A DNA stretch of 64,000 bases from Alphaproteobacteria bacterium. Its GTDB lineage: Bacteria > Pseudomonadota > Alphaproteobacteria > MPNO01 > UBA2964. The DNA lies in assembly GCA_012103315.1 (NCBI GenBank), contig WLWZ01000014.1, positions 28,959 through 92,958 on the forward strand, in the 5' to 3' direction. A program made the position numbers and the translations under genes. Positions 1 through 9,225 of the stretch are shown piece by piece. Position 1 is the stretch's first letter. Each line of letters opens with the position of its first letter. Below the pieces are notes generated by a model, which saw only the letters and a list, made by a program, of their open reading frames with translations, was not told the DNA's origin and made no database searches.

Positions 1-333
1 TTTTCGCGAGATATTCCGACTCTTACCCGCACCGAATTTCGCGATGTTATGATGGTATTTTTAAAGAAGCACGACATGTCACTCGATGACATTGATGAAT
101 TCATTTGCCATCCGGGAGGTGCAAAAGTGCTGGACGCATTGGAAGACGCCTTCAATCTTCCGTCAGGTGGTCTCGACACTTCGCGCGAGATTTTGAAAAA
201 CTACGGTAATATGTCTGCCGTGACCGTTCTTTTTGTTTTGGAAAAAGTTCTACAAGAACGAAAACAAGGACGACTTCTATTAACGTCTCTGGGTCCTGGG
301 TTCACGGCAGCCTTCATGACGATGACCGCATGA
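1..333 (+). CDS. Type III polyketide synthase (chalcone/stilbene synthase family), C-terminal fragment; 5' end lies outside the window
   Basis: Frame 1 is open from nt 1. The motif ICHPGGAKVLDALEDAFNLPSGGLDTSREILKNYGNMSAVTVLFVLEK is typical of the C-terminus of bacterial type III PKS. Confidence 0.75.
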   Translation, partial: FSRDIPTLTRTEFRDVMMVFLKKHDMSLDDIDEFICHPGGAKVLDALEDAFNLPSGGLDTSREILKNYGNMSAVTVLFVLEKVLQERKQGRLLLTSLGPGFTAAFMTMTA

Positions 334-839
334 GCATTCTCTATGCCGTTTTGCTATTTGTTGTTGCTCAACGCCTGGTGGAGCTCGTTATCGCGAAACG
401 GAATACCGCGGCGTTGATCGCTGATGGTGGCATCGAACATGGCGCCGCTCATTACCCTCTCATTGTGTTGTTACATTTATGCTGGATTGCGTCGCTCGCC
501 TATTTTATTCCGGCGGACCAGCCCGCGGTTTGGTCCCTACTCGGTGTTTTCGCGGTTTTACAAGGACTTAGGGTCTGGGTGCTTGTGACGTTGGGGCGGC
601 GTTGGACCACGCGTGTTATCGAGATTCCCGGAGAACCGCCTGTTGCCACGGGTCTCTATCGCTGGGTTCGTCACCCTAACTATCTGATTGTCGCGGGCGA
701 AATCCTCATGCTGCCATTGGCATTCGGCGCCTGGGAAATCGCGGTGATATTCTCTGTGCTCAATGGCATGGTTCTTTGGCATAGAATTCGTGTTGAGAAT
801 GTTGCCCTCGATAATATGGCCGGGACGATAAATGAATAA
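330..839 (+). CDS. Isoprenylcysteine carboxyl methyltransferase (ICMT)-family membrane methyltransferase
   Basis: Multi-TM protein with the RWVRHPNYL motif of the ICMT/phospholipid methyltransferase family. ATGA start/stop overlap with the upstream PKS suggests translational coupling. Confidence 0.7.
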   Translation: MSILYAVLLFVVAQRLVELVIAKRNTAALIADGGIEHGAAHYPLIVLLHLCWIASLAYFIPADQPAVWSLLGVFAVLQGLRVWVLVTLGRRWTTRVIEIPGEPPVATGLYRWVRHPNYLIVAGEILMLPLAFGAWEIAVIFSVLNGMVLWHRIRVENVALDNMAGTINE

Positions 840-922
840 ACAGCGATGCCGCGTGTTGTTATGATATGCGGGCCTATAATTACCGCTAGAATGCGTGAAC
901 TAAAAAACTTGGGGGAAACTGG

Positions 923-2578
923 ATGATCCGGCGCGTCAGGCTTGCAACAGGCCTCGTCCTGTTTTTCTACGTAACAACGCATTTGTTAAACCACGCACTG
1001 GGGTTGATCTCTTACGCCGCGATGGAGGATGGCCGCTTCTGGTTTTTGGGCCTTTGGCGCAATCCGGTCGGAACTATAGCGCTCTATGGATCAATGATGA
1101 TCCATTTCATGCTGGCGCTCTGGGCTCTCTATGACCGACGGCGGCTCAAATTCTCTATCGGAGAAGCGCTTCAGTTAAGTCTTGGTATTGCTATACCTTT
1201 GCTTCTCGCGTTGCATATCGTTGGAACGCGGGGCGCGCATGAAATCGCCGGGACGAATGATAATTACGCATTTGTTCTCCTCATTCATTTCAAATTTGCG
1301 CCCGAGGTTGTCTTTACACAGACTGCAGCTGTTATCGCCGCCTGGGTGCATGGCTGTATCGGGCTTTTTTACTGGCTTCGCCTCAAACCCTGGTTTTCGA
1401 AATGGTCGCAAGTTCTCTTCAGCTTTGCGTTGTTGATCCCGGTTTTGTCGATCCTTGGTTATATCGAGGGCGGTCGTGAAGTTCTGGCGCTGTTTGAGAA
1501 TAAGGAATGGCGAGATGCGGCACGGGCGGCAATCAATTTCCCATCGAACGAGGCCCGCGCACAAATAGAGTTTATTGCGCAAATGGATCGATCGATTGTT
1601 GTTGGGTCCTTTATATTGGTCCTTCTTGCGCGAGGCGTTCGTGCGTTGCTAGCCCGACGGCGAGGTATCGTTCATGTTACCTATCCTGACGGCAAGGCGG
1701 TAAGCGTTGCACCAGGGACAACAATTCTCGAAGCCAGCAAATCAAATGATATCCCGCACGCATCGGTCTGTGGTGGTCGTGGCCGATGTTCAACTTGTCG
1801 GGTACGCATTGTTGACGGTGAAGAAGCGTTGCCCGCGATATCGGATGATGAACAAAAAGTTCTGGACCGGATAAGTGCCCCACCTCATGTTCGGTTGGCC
1901 TGTCAAACACGTCCCATTAAAGACGTAACCGTGATGCCTTTGTTGCCGCCCACAGCGACACCAAAGGACGGTCATCAGCGCGCGGCCCATCATATGGGGC
2001 AGGAAAAGGAGATCGTGATCCTGTTCGCTGATTTACGTGATTTCACGAAATTCTCCGAGCAAAAACTGCCGTATGACTTGGTTTTTGTCCTGAACCGGTA
2101 TTTTGCCAATATGGGCGGTGCGGTTGGCGAGGCAGGTGGTCATCTCGATAAATTCATTGGAGATGGTGTCATGGCTCTGTTTGGCGTTGATGTACCAATT
2201 GCGGAAGGTGCCAAGCAAGCAATGAAGGCGGCGAAGCTCATGACTGAGCGTCTGGAAGAGCTTAATCAAACGTTGGCTGGTGAACTCGCTGAACCCTTGA
2301 GGATCGGTATTGGACTCCATGCTGGGCCGGCCATCATTGGCGAAATGGGGTATGGCGAGACCACGAGTCTCACGGCAGTTGGCGATGCGGTGAATACCGC
2401 TAGCCGTATTGAATCGATGACTAAGGAATACAAGGCTCAACTCATGTTGTCGCAAGGCGTTGCTGACCATGCAGGAATTGATTTATCGAGTTTTCCAAGC
2501 CATCAGCTTGACGTTCGCGGCCGTTCGGAGGATATCACTGCCCGAGTTATCGTGAACGCTAAAGATTTGCCAATTTAA
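923..2578 (+). CDS. Membrane-anchored 2Fe-2S ferredoxin-domain adenylate cyclase (class III)
   Basis: About 240 aa of N-terminal TM helices rich in His. A plant-type ferredoxin motif follows (CGGRGRCSTC...LACQT). The C-terminus is a class III cyclase domain (ILFADLRDFTKF, DKFIGDGVMALFG) with Lys at the substrate-specifying position, which points to adenylate cyclase. Confidence 0.75.
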   Translation: MIRRVRLATGLVLFFYVTTHLLNHALGLISYAAMEDGRFWFLGLWRNPVGTIALYGSMMIHFMLALWALYDRRRLKFSIGEALQLSLGIAIPLLLALHIVGTRGAHEIAGTNDNYAFVLLIHFKFAPEVVFTQTAAVIAAWVHGCIGLFYWLRLKPWFSKWSQVLFSFALLIPVLSILGYIEGGREVLALFENKEWRDAARAAINFPSNEARAQIEFIAQMDRSIVVGSFILVLLARGVRALLARRRGIVHVTYPDGKAVSVAPGTTILEASKSNDIPHASVCGGRGRCSTCRVRIVDGEEALPAISDDEQKVLDRISAPPHVRLACQTRPIKDVTVMPLLPPTATPKDGHQRAAHHMGQEKEIVILFADLRDFTKFSEQKLPYDLVFVLNRYFANMGGAVGEAGGHLDKFIGDGVMALFGVDVPIAEGAKQAMKAAKLMTERLEELNQTLAGELAEPLRIGIGLHAGPAIIGEMGYGETTSLTAVGDAVNTASRIESMTKEYKAQLMLSQGVADHAGIDLSSFPSHQLDVRGRSEDITARVIVNAKDLPI

Positions 2579-2597
2579 ATGGCAGCCGGGAATAGGA

Positions 2598-3056
2598 ATG
2601 AAATACAGCAATATCTATTTTGAAGACTTTGAAATGGGTCGTGTGTTCGAAACGGATACTCGTGAAATATCGGCGGAAGACATCATGGACTTCGGAAACG
2701 ACTTCGCGCCACTGCCCTATCACACTGATCCTGAAGCAGCGAAAGATTACATGTTTGGCGAGCTTGTTGCGGCTGGCTTTCATACCTGTTCGATAAGCTT
2801 TGGGCTGTTTATTCGCGCCGGCATCTTTGATGATTGTGCCATGGGGTCTCCGGGGTTCAACAAACTCCGCTGGAAGAAGCCGGTAAAGCCGGGGGATGTG
2901 TTAAAGGTTGCTGCAACGGTAACTGAGGCCTCGCCTGCCCGCGACGAGAATGGCCGAAATCTAATTTCATTGATGTTTGTTACGACAAATCAGAATGATG
3001 AACCTGTTTTGGAGATGGAAACCCGGCATTTCGTTCGCTCTCGTCCGCAAACCTAA
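2598..3056 (+). CDS. MaoC-like (R)-specific enoyl-CoA hydratase/dehydratase (hotdog fold)
   Basis: 152 aa with recognisable MaoC dehydratase motifs (DFGNDFAPLPYHTDPEAA, hotdog core). Confidence 0.65.
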   Translation: MKYSNIYFEDFEMGRVFETDTREISAEDIMDFGNDFAPLPYHTDPEAAKDYMFGELVAAGFHTCSISFGLFIRAGIFDDCAMGSPGFNKLRWKKPVKPGDVLKVAATVTEASPARDENGRNLISLMFVTTNQNDEPVLEMETRHFVRSRPQT

Positions 3057-3135
3057 TTCTTTCTCTCCTTACCTTTCTGCGACACGGGTTTCATGTGCAT
3101 AATCGGTTTATGAAAATCGACTATGGAGCTGGCTG

Positions 3136-4848
3136 ATGCCGCAAAAGACAATTACAGACGGTACCGTTTCTGACGCCTATTTGGCGCTCTTGGCGGATAG
3201 AGGCATCGACTATTTTTTTGGTAATGCGGGAACAGATTTCGCTCCGATTATTGAGTCCTTTGCCAAGGCGCAGGCACTGGGTACACCGGCACCAAAAGCT
3301 ATGCTCGTGCCGCACGAAAATCTCGCGATCCATATGGCGCTTGGTTATTACGCGGTAACGGGGAAGCCGCAAGTGGTTATGGTGCATGTCAATGTCGGTA
3401 CGGCAAATGCGCTCAACGGCATTATCAACGCTAGCCGTGGCAATATTCCGGTCCTCTTTAGTTCCGGTCGTACGCCCTATTCAGAAACCGGTGACCGGGA
3501 AGGAAAACGTACCCGTGAAGTGCATTGGCCGCAGGAAATGTTTGATCAAGGTGCACTGGCTCGTGAGATGGTCAAATGGGATTACGAGCTAAAGGACAAG
3601 GCGGTTCTAGAGACCGTTGTCGACCGGGCTATCAATGTCGCCATGACGGAACCCAGAGGCCCAATCTATCTCACTCTCCCCCGTGAACCTCTGGCTGAGA
3701 AGTTCGATAGCTTTGATTTCACGTCTCCATCCCGTCATGCGACCCCGACGGTTGCGTGGCCTGATCCTAATGCGATTGACCAGTTGGCATCGCGTATTGC
3801 GAATGCTGAAAATCCTCTGATAATTACTCAGGACTCAGGCGCGGATGTGAATGCTGTGGCGCCGCTTGCGGCTCTGTCGGATCGTTTTGCCATTCCGGTC
3901 ATCCAACGAAAGCCACGCTATCTCTGTCTGCCAACAGATCATCCGATGCATCTTGGATATGACTCTGACCCCTATCTCGACTTCGCAGATTTAATCATTG
4001 TCGCGCAATGTGATGTCCCGTGGATACCAAGTGTGAAATCACCAGGTCCAGGCTGTACCGTGGTTCATATGGGACCGGACCCCATCTATAGCGATTACCC
4101 CATCCGGGGGTATGAGGCGGACATGGCGATTACGGGCTCCATGGCACCGTCGTTCCGAATGTTGGATGATGCTCTTGCCGGACTCGAAACGAGCGCCAAA
4201 CCGTCAATTGATACGCGGCGTAAACGGGTCGCTGGTTTGCGCGACATGATGCATGAGAATTGGGCGGCTGGACTAGAGAAATCAAAAAGCGCTTCGCCGA
4301 TGAGCCAGGCTTGGATCAGCCATTGCATTAGCGAAGTCAAAGATGATGACACCATCCTGATTACGGAATCTGCATTTGCTATGGCTCAGATGGAACTGAC
4401 AAGGCCTGGCAGCTTTATCTCCGGCGGGGCCGGTGGTGGAATCGGCTATGGATTGGGCATGTCCCTTGGTGCCAAATTGGCCGCGAAGGATCGTATGGTG
4501 ATCTGCACACAGGGTGATGGCGCCTACATGTACGGCAATCCGGTCCCCGCTCACTATGTTGGTCAGGCCGAAGGTTTACCGACCCTCACCGTCATCATGA
4601 ATAACGAGCAGTGGGGTGCAGTGAAACGCAACACCCGCGCGATGTATCCTGATGGCTACGCTGTCAAAAGCAATCGCGAAGACCTGACCTTTTTCGAAGG
4701 CGGCATGGCGTTTGAAAAAACGATGGATATTGCTGGTGGTTATGGCGAACGTGTCGAAGATCCTGCTGAGCTTCCGAAAGCCCTTGAACGGGGAGCAAAA
4801 GCCGTTAGTGACGGGCAACCGGCAGTGTTGAATTTACAGACGGTGTGA
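3136..4848 (+). CDS. Thiamine-pyrophosphate-dependent enzyme (acetolactate synthase/benzoylformate decarboxylase family)
   Basis: 570 aa with the three-domain TPP enzyme layout. It has the N-terminal pyrimidine-binding region (FGNAGTDFAPII) and a C-terminal TPP-binding GDGAYMYG ... NNEQWG motif. Confidence 0.7.
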   Translation: MPQKTITDGTVSDAYLALLADRGIDYFFGNAGTDFAPIIESFAKAQALGTPAPKAMLVPHENLAIHMALGYYAVTGKPQVVMVHVNVGTANALNGIINASRGNIPVLFSSGRTPYSETGDREGKRTREVHWPQEMFDQGALAREMVKWDYELKDKAVLETVVDRAINVAMTEPRGPIYLTLPREPLAEKFDSFDFTSPSRHATPTVAWPDPNAIDQLASRIANAENPLIITQDSGADVNAVAPLAALSDRFAIPVIQRKPRYLCLPTDHPMHLGYDSDPYLDFADLIIVAQCDVPWIPSVKSPGPGCTVVHMGPDPIYSDYPIRGYEADMAITGSMAPSFRMLDDALAGLETSAKPSIDTRRKRVAGLRDMMHENWAAGLEKSKSASPMSQAWISHCISEVKDDDTILITESAFAMAQMELTRPGSFISGGAGGGIGYGLGMSLGAKLAAKDRMVICTQGDGAYMYGNPVPAHYVGQAEGLPTLTVIMNNEQWGAVKRNTRAMYPDGYAVKSNREDLTFFEGGMAFEKTMDIAGGYGERVEDPAELPKALERGAKAVSDGQPAVLNLQTV

Positions 4849-6417
4849 TCACGCGTCGATCAGCGCGCGACGGAGAACTTTGCCGACCGGGCTCTTGGGT
4901 AGTTCGTCGATAAACTCAACCAATTGCGGAACCTTGTAGGGGGCTATTCGTTCTTTTAAAGCTGCTCGGATTTGCTCCGGCTGTTCTACCGTCCCGTCTT
5001 TCAAAACAACCACCGCCCGAATTTTGTTGCCAATTTCTTTGTCGGGTGACGGTACGACACATGCTTCCGCGATTCCCTCTATCTGCCTGAGAGCATTTTC
5101 AATCTCGATCGGTGAGATAAAGATGCCGCGGCTTTTGAAACAATCGTCATTGCGCCCTGCGATCCACAAAAATCCATCTTCATCGGCATAGGCTAGGTCG
5201 CCGGTGTGATACCAGCCATCATGGGTGACCTCATCGGTTTTGGCTTGATCCTTGTGGTAGCCAAGAAAGAACCCCGGATTGTTTGAGTCGATCAACATAT
5301 GCCCGACTTCACCTATCGGCACCGGCTGATAATCATCATCGAGGACCTCAACACGGGTGCCGGGCAATGGCTTACCCACCGAACCCGGCTTGATCGGCCA
5401 ATGCGGGCATTGACCAAAGACTAGCTGCATTTCTGAAATACCGTAATGTTCCCAGATCGGGCAGCCGATACGGTTAAACCATTCGGTATAGGTCGCCGCC
5501 TCCAGTGCTTCGCCGGTAGCGTTGCAGCCGCGCAATGACGTTAGGTCGAATTGGTTTTCAACCCCGTCGATGGCGAGAATTCTTCGGTAAACTGTGGCCA
5601 CGGAATACATGACGGTGACGCCAAGTGTCTCCACCGTTTTCAAAACGCGTTCCGGATGCATGCGCCCTTCCAGGATGGCTCCTGTGACGCCATTCCGCAG
5701 CGGATAGAGGACATTGTGGCCGAGGGCACTGATAAAGCTCCACTCGCCGGTTGCCATGGCGACGTCGTTTTCTTTGGGCTGGATACGAAGCTTGTTGGTA
5801 TCGCCCTGTGCGACAATCCAACGATGTGCATGGACAATACCTTTAGGATTTCCTGTCGTCCCTGACGTATAGACCATGAAGGCAGGATCATTGGCACCAG
5901 TATCAGCGGTTTGGATATCCAGCTTGTCATTACTTGCGATCAACTCTTCGAAGACTTGATCACCGGCCTCTGATCCACGCGCGACGATAATGCCGCGTGG
6001 GAGTTCTGCAGACAGCGTTCGGACAGGTTCCGCTATGTCGTCGAGTGTAATTGCTGCGACAGCGTCGCTATGCTCCCGAACGTATGCGACTTCCGACGCC
6101 CCCAGCAGCGAATTTTGCAGAACCGGCACGGCGCCCAGTTTTACCAGCGCAAGAAAGCTAACGATAAACTCAATGCAGTTCGGCAAACGGATCAGGACGT
6201 GATCTGTTTTGGATATGCCTAAATCACGCAAGCCAGTAGCCAGGCTACAGACGCGTTGATTTAGCTCGGCATAAGAGATACTGCCCTGAGCGTCTTTAAA
6301 GGCGATACTTGCGCCATTGCCTGATGCAATTTGCTTGTCGAGAGTCTCAGCGGTGATATTCAGCCGTTCCGGGATTTCGCGGTAACCCGGCCAAGTTTCT
6401 ATCTCGTCGGTCGTCAT
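4849..6417 (-). CDS. Aryl/acyl-CoA ligase (AMP-forming, benzoate-CoA ligase-like)
   Basis: Carries the YTSGTTGNPKG AMP-binding motif. The N-terminus resembles aromatic-acid CoA ligases. Confidence 0.75.
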   Translation of the reverse strand: MTTDEIETWPGYREIPERLNITAETLDKQIASGNGASIAFKDAQGSISYAELNQRVCSLATGLRDLGISKTDHVLIRLPNCIEFIVSFLALVKLGAVPVLQNSLLGASEVAYVREHSDAVAAITLDDIAEPVRTLSAELPRGIIVARGSEAGDQVFEELIASNDKLDIQTADTGANDPAFMVYTSGTTGNPKGIVHAHRWIVAQGDTNKLRIQPKENDVAMATGEWSFISALGHNVLYPLRNGVTGAILEGRMHPERVLKTVETLGVTVMYSVATVYRRILAIDGVENQFDLTSLRGCNATGEALEAATYTEWFNRIGCPIWEHYGISEMQLVFGQCPHWPIKPGSVGKPLPGTRVEVLDDDYQPVPIGEVGHMLIDSNNPGFFLGYHKDQAKTDEVTHDGWYHTGDLAYADEDGFLWIAGRNDDCFKSRGIFISPIEIENALRQIEGIAEACVVPSPDKEIGNKIRAVVVLKDGTVEQPEQIRAALKERIAPYKVPQLVEFIDELPKSPVGKVLRRALIDA

Positions 6418-7322
6418 CCCTTTTTTGAACCGTCCGGGAAAGGCCAGTTGTCATAGTAAGGCCCGCGGAATTCAGGGTCGCGTTTCTCTAGGAATGCCCT
6501 TATGCCTTCGTGACAGTCTTTGGTGCGGGTAATTTCTTTGATCGCGTTCAACTCCCGTTGCCAACCTTCATCAGTGCGGTTTTGGTTCCAGTAATGTTTG
6601 ACCAAATCCTTGGCTTTGCGAACGGAATGATACGGATTGTTGGCAATCTTTGTCGCGAGCTTGAAAGCGCCATCCATTAATTCGTCATGCGGAAACACAC
6701 GATCGACAAGACCTATCCGTTCGGCCTCGTCAGCCAAGATGATGTCGCCGGTCATGATCATTTCCATTGCTCGACCAATGCCGACGAGTTTGGGAAGATT
6801 TCGTGCACCCCCGGACTCAGGCAGGAAACCAGCGGGCACTGCGACTTCACCGAGCTTTGCCTTATCAGAGGCGTAGCGAATGTCACACAATGTACAAATT
6901 TCGAGGCCAATCCCAACGGCTGGGCCGTTGATCGCAGCAATCACGACTGGTGGCAAATCTTCAAATTTCCGAAAAGCCCGTTGGAGAACTTCGTGTCGGA
7001 GATCGTTGAAGAAATAGCCAGCGAGCTCCTTGTAAGCGCCGAAGTTACCGAAATCGAAATCTTCTTCACCAGCCCCAAGGGGATCAGCTTCGGTTTTGAG
7101 GTCACCGCCGGCAGAGAAGCCCCTACCCTCGCCGGTTATAACGACCGCTCTGATGTGGCTGCTGGCAGCTATTTCATCACAAAGAATATCGAGCTCGACA
7201 CGCATACGGACGTCGACCGCATTGAGAGCTTCAGGACGGTTGAGCGTGATGACACCGATGCATTTCTCCCCTGGCCGATCAGGGTTTTCATGCACCTCCC
7301 ATTTGAGGGCTTCGTATTTCAT
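6414..7322 (-). CDS. Enoyl-CoA hydratase/isomerase (crotonase) family protein
   Basis: Crotonase fold motifs (ALNAVD, GEGRGFSAGGDL). Its stop overlaps the start of the ligase by 4 nt. Confidence 0.75.
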   Translation of the reverse strand: MKYEALKWEVHENPDRPGEKCIGVITLNRPEALNAVDVRMRVELDILCDEIAASSHIRAVVITGEGRGFSAGGDLKTEADPLGAGEEDFDFGNFGAYKELAGYFFNDLRHEVLQRAFRKFEDLPPVVIAAINGPAVGIGLEICTLCDIRYASDKAKLGEVAVPAGFLPESGGARNLPKLVGIGRAMEMIMTGDIILADEAERIGLVDRVFPHDELMDGAFKLATKIANNPYHSVRKAKDLVKHYWNQNRTDEGWQRELNAIKEITRTKDCHEGIRAFLEKRDPEFRGPYYDNWPFPDGSKKG

Positions 7323-7338
7323 TGCGTCTCTCCTAGGT

Positions 7339-8139
7339 TCAGGTGCCGACTTTTAACGGGGAAACTAATCCCCTCAAACAGGCGATAACACTCAAAGCTG
7401 TAATTTTCCCGGTGCCCGGTTTTTCTTCCGATTGGACATTCTCGATACTCATCTCGAAGGTCGCGCTGTCGGAAACGACCCGGATTGCATGTGTATTACG
7501 GCTTAGCTCTGGATCGGCCCATATCTCTAGCTTGGTTCTGTCAGGGCCAATCCCGGCTAGTCCGAGTGCCGCTGCGACATTGACGTTTGCTGGAAAACCG
7601 GCAGCGCCATCGCGCGCGGACCCATCAAAGACCTTTTTGGGTTCGTTAAGTCCTTCAACCGAAATATCGTTGTCCACGAGATGCGGCGCCCCGATCAACG
7701 CGTTTGGTGGCTTGCGGGTGATCATGATAACTTCTTCGATCGTGCCTTCTGCGGCAGCGCGAACGGCATCAAGGCCCAGGAGAGCACCAGTCGCGAGGAT
7801 AATTCGTCCTTGTCCAGAATTCGCCAGTTCCACTGTGTCAGGGTTCGCTAGTATGCCAGCTGCGCTGACAGTTACGAACAAACGGCCCGCATTAAGAGCT
7901 GGAATGGCGAATGTATTGAAAGCTTCTTTTGGCACACACTCGACTACGATATCGCAAGTCTCGGCCAACTCTTCCGGGCTCATCACTGGTACCGGATTGG
8001 ATAAACCCTCCATCCGAGCTTCGCCGCGCGCAACATCGCGGACGCAGATCGCTGCCAGTTCCAATCCTTCAATACCGCTATCCAACGCCTCGCCGACGAC
8101 TTTGCCAATTGCGCCGTATCCGGCGATCCCTACTTTCAC
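7339..8139 (-). CDS. L-aspartate dehydrogenase-like (NadX family) NAD(P)-binding protein
   Basis: N-terminal MKVGIAGYGAIGK Rossmann motif, about 266 aa, and an overall pattern similar to NadX. Confidence 0.55.
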   Translation of the reverse strand: MKVGIAGYGAIGKVVGEALDSGIEGLELAAICVRDVARGEARMEGLSNPVPVMSPEELAETCDIVVECVPKEAFNTFAIPALNAGRLFVTVSAAGILANPDTVELANSGQGRIILATGALLGLDAVRAAAEGTIEEVIMITRKPPNALIGAPHLVDNDISVEGLNEPKKVFDGSARDGAAGFPANVNVAAALGLAGIGPDRTKLEIWADPELSRNTHAIRVVSDSATFEMSIENVQSEEKPGTGKITALSVIACLRGLVSPLKVGT

Positions 8140-8246
8140 GTCTTCATTCCCCTAAATATCCCTGCCGAAATCTGCTGATTGACGGCCCGCCAGACTTGCC
8201 GCACCCTTTTGGACAAGTCAACTGTCTAACAAACCAGAGCGCTTCC

Positions 8247-9176
8247 GTGTCGTTGATCTTCGCCTGCGTCGATATTCCACCCGAGCCATGGGTTAAAGCA
8301 ATCAAGGCAGAAATTCCCGATTTAACTATTCATCTTTGGCCCGACGTTGATAACCCTGAAAAGGTGGAGTTTGCATTGCTATGGGGTAAGTGGGACGCCA
8401 ACTTAAACCGGTTTCCGGAACTCAGTGCCTTGTTGTCTCTTGGGGCTGGCGTTGATCATATTCTTACGCTGGAAAACCGTCCGCCAAATATTCCTATCAT
8501 TCGGTTAGGCGATCCAGCTTTGCGCACTGGCATGGTTGAATATGTTCTCTACAACGTTTTAAAATTTCACCGACGTTTTCCTGAATACGAAGAACAACAA
8601 GAGAAGTCTCTATGGATCGAGAGAAGCCAAACGATGCCCTACAAACGAACCGTGGGCATTATGGGGTTAGGGTCTCTCGGGTCGGCCTGCGCCAAAACAT
8701 TAGTTGGTCTTGGCTTTGATGTGATTGGCTGGAGCCGTCGTAAAAAGACAATCAACAAAGTTGGTTGTTTCTATGGCGAACAGGGGCTTGGGCTTTTCTT
8801 GGCCCGATCTGAAATTGTGGTTTGTTTGCTGCCATTGACGAATGAAACACGCGGTATTTTGAATACAACCAATATGCAGAAACTGCCGGCAGGCGCGTTT
8901 ATTATCAATGCTGCGCGTGGCGGTCATCTTATCGAAGGCGATTTACTGGCATTGCTGGAGAGCGAACATATTGCAGGCGCTGCGCTCGATGTTTTTGAGA
9001 CGGAACCTTTGCCCGCAAACAACCCGCTTTGGTCTCATTCGAAAGTGACTGTTACACCCCACGTTGCGGCCCTGGTGGATTTTGATAGTGCGGCAACAGT
9101 TATCGCCGAAACTATTCGTCGAAGCCGCGAAGGCAGGCCACTTCTAAATGTGGTTGATCCGGTGCGAGGGTACTGA
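8247..9176 (+). CDS. D-isomer-specific 2-hydroxyacid dehydrogenase (glyoxylate/hydroxypyruvate reductase A-like)
   Basis: GhrA-like layout (VGIMGLGSLGSACAK NAD-binding, catalytic-domain motifs, C-terminal RGY). A GTG at 8247 gives about 310 aa. The longer ORF from 7929 runs antisense into nadX and is probably spurious. Confidence 0.7.
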   Translation: MSLIFACVDIPPEPWVKAIKAEIPDLTIHLWPDVDNPEKVEFALLWGKWDANLNRFPELSALLSLGAGVDHILTLENRPPNIPIIRLGDPALRTGMVEYVLYNVLKFHRRFPEYEEQQEKSLWIERSQTMPYKRTVGIMGLGSLGSACAKTLVGLGFDVIGWSRRKKTINKVGCFYGEQGLGLFLARSEIVVCLLPLTNETRGILNTTNMQKLPAGAFIINAARGGHLIEGDLLALLESEHIAGAALDVFETEPLPANNPLWSHSKVTVTPHVAALVDFDSAATVIAETIRRSREGRPLLNVVDPVRGY

Positions 9177-9225
9177 AAATTTACCGATGTTTAGGTGGTG
9201 ATCACGACTCTGTTGCCATGTTAGT

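Noticed and set aside
7343-8155. 270-aa plus-strand ORF fully antisense to the nadX-like gene
   Set aside because: It is a Ser/Pro/Ala-rich mirror ORF of a well-formed gene on the other strand, so it is likely a shadow ORF.
7929-8246. N-terminal 106 codons of the long ORF 7929..9176
   Set aside because: This stretch runs antisense through the nadX-like gene and is Arg/Pro-rich with low complexity. The GhrA-like homology begins only near 8247 (VSLIFACV...), so the true start is placed there.
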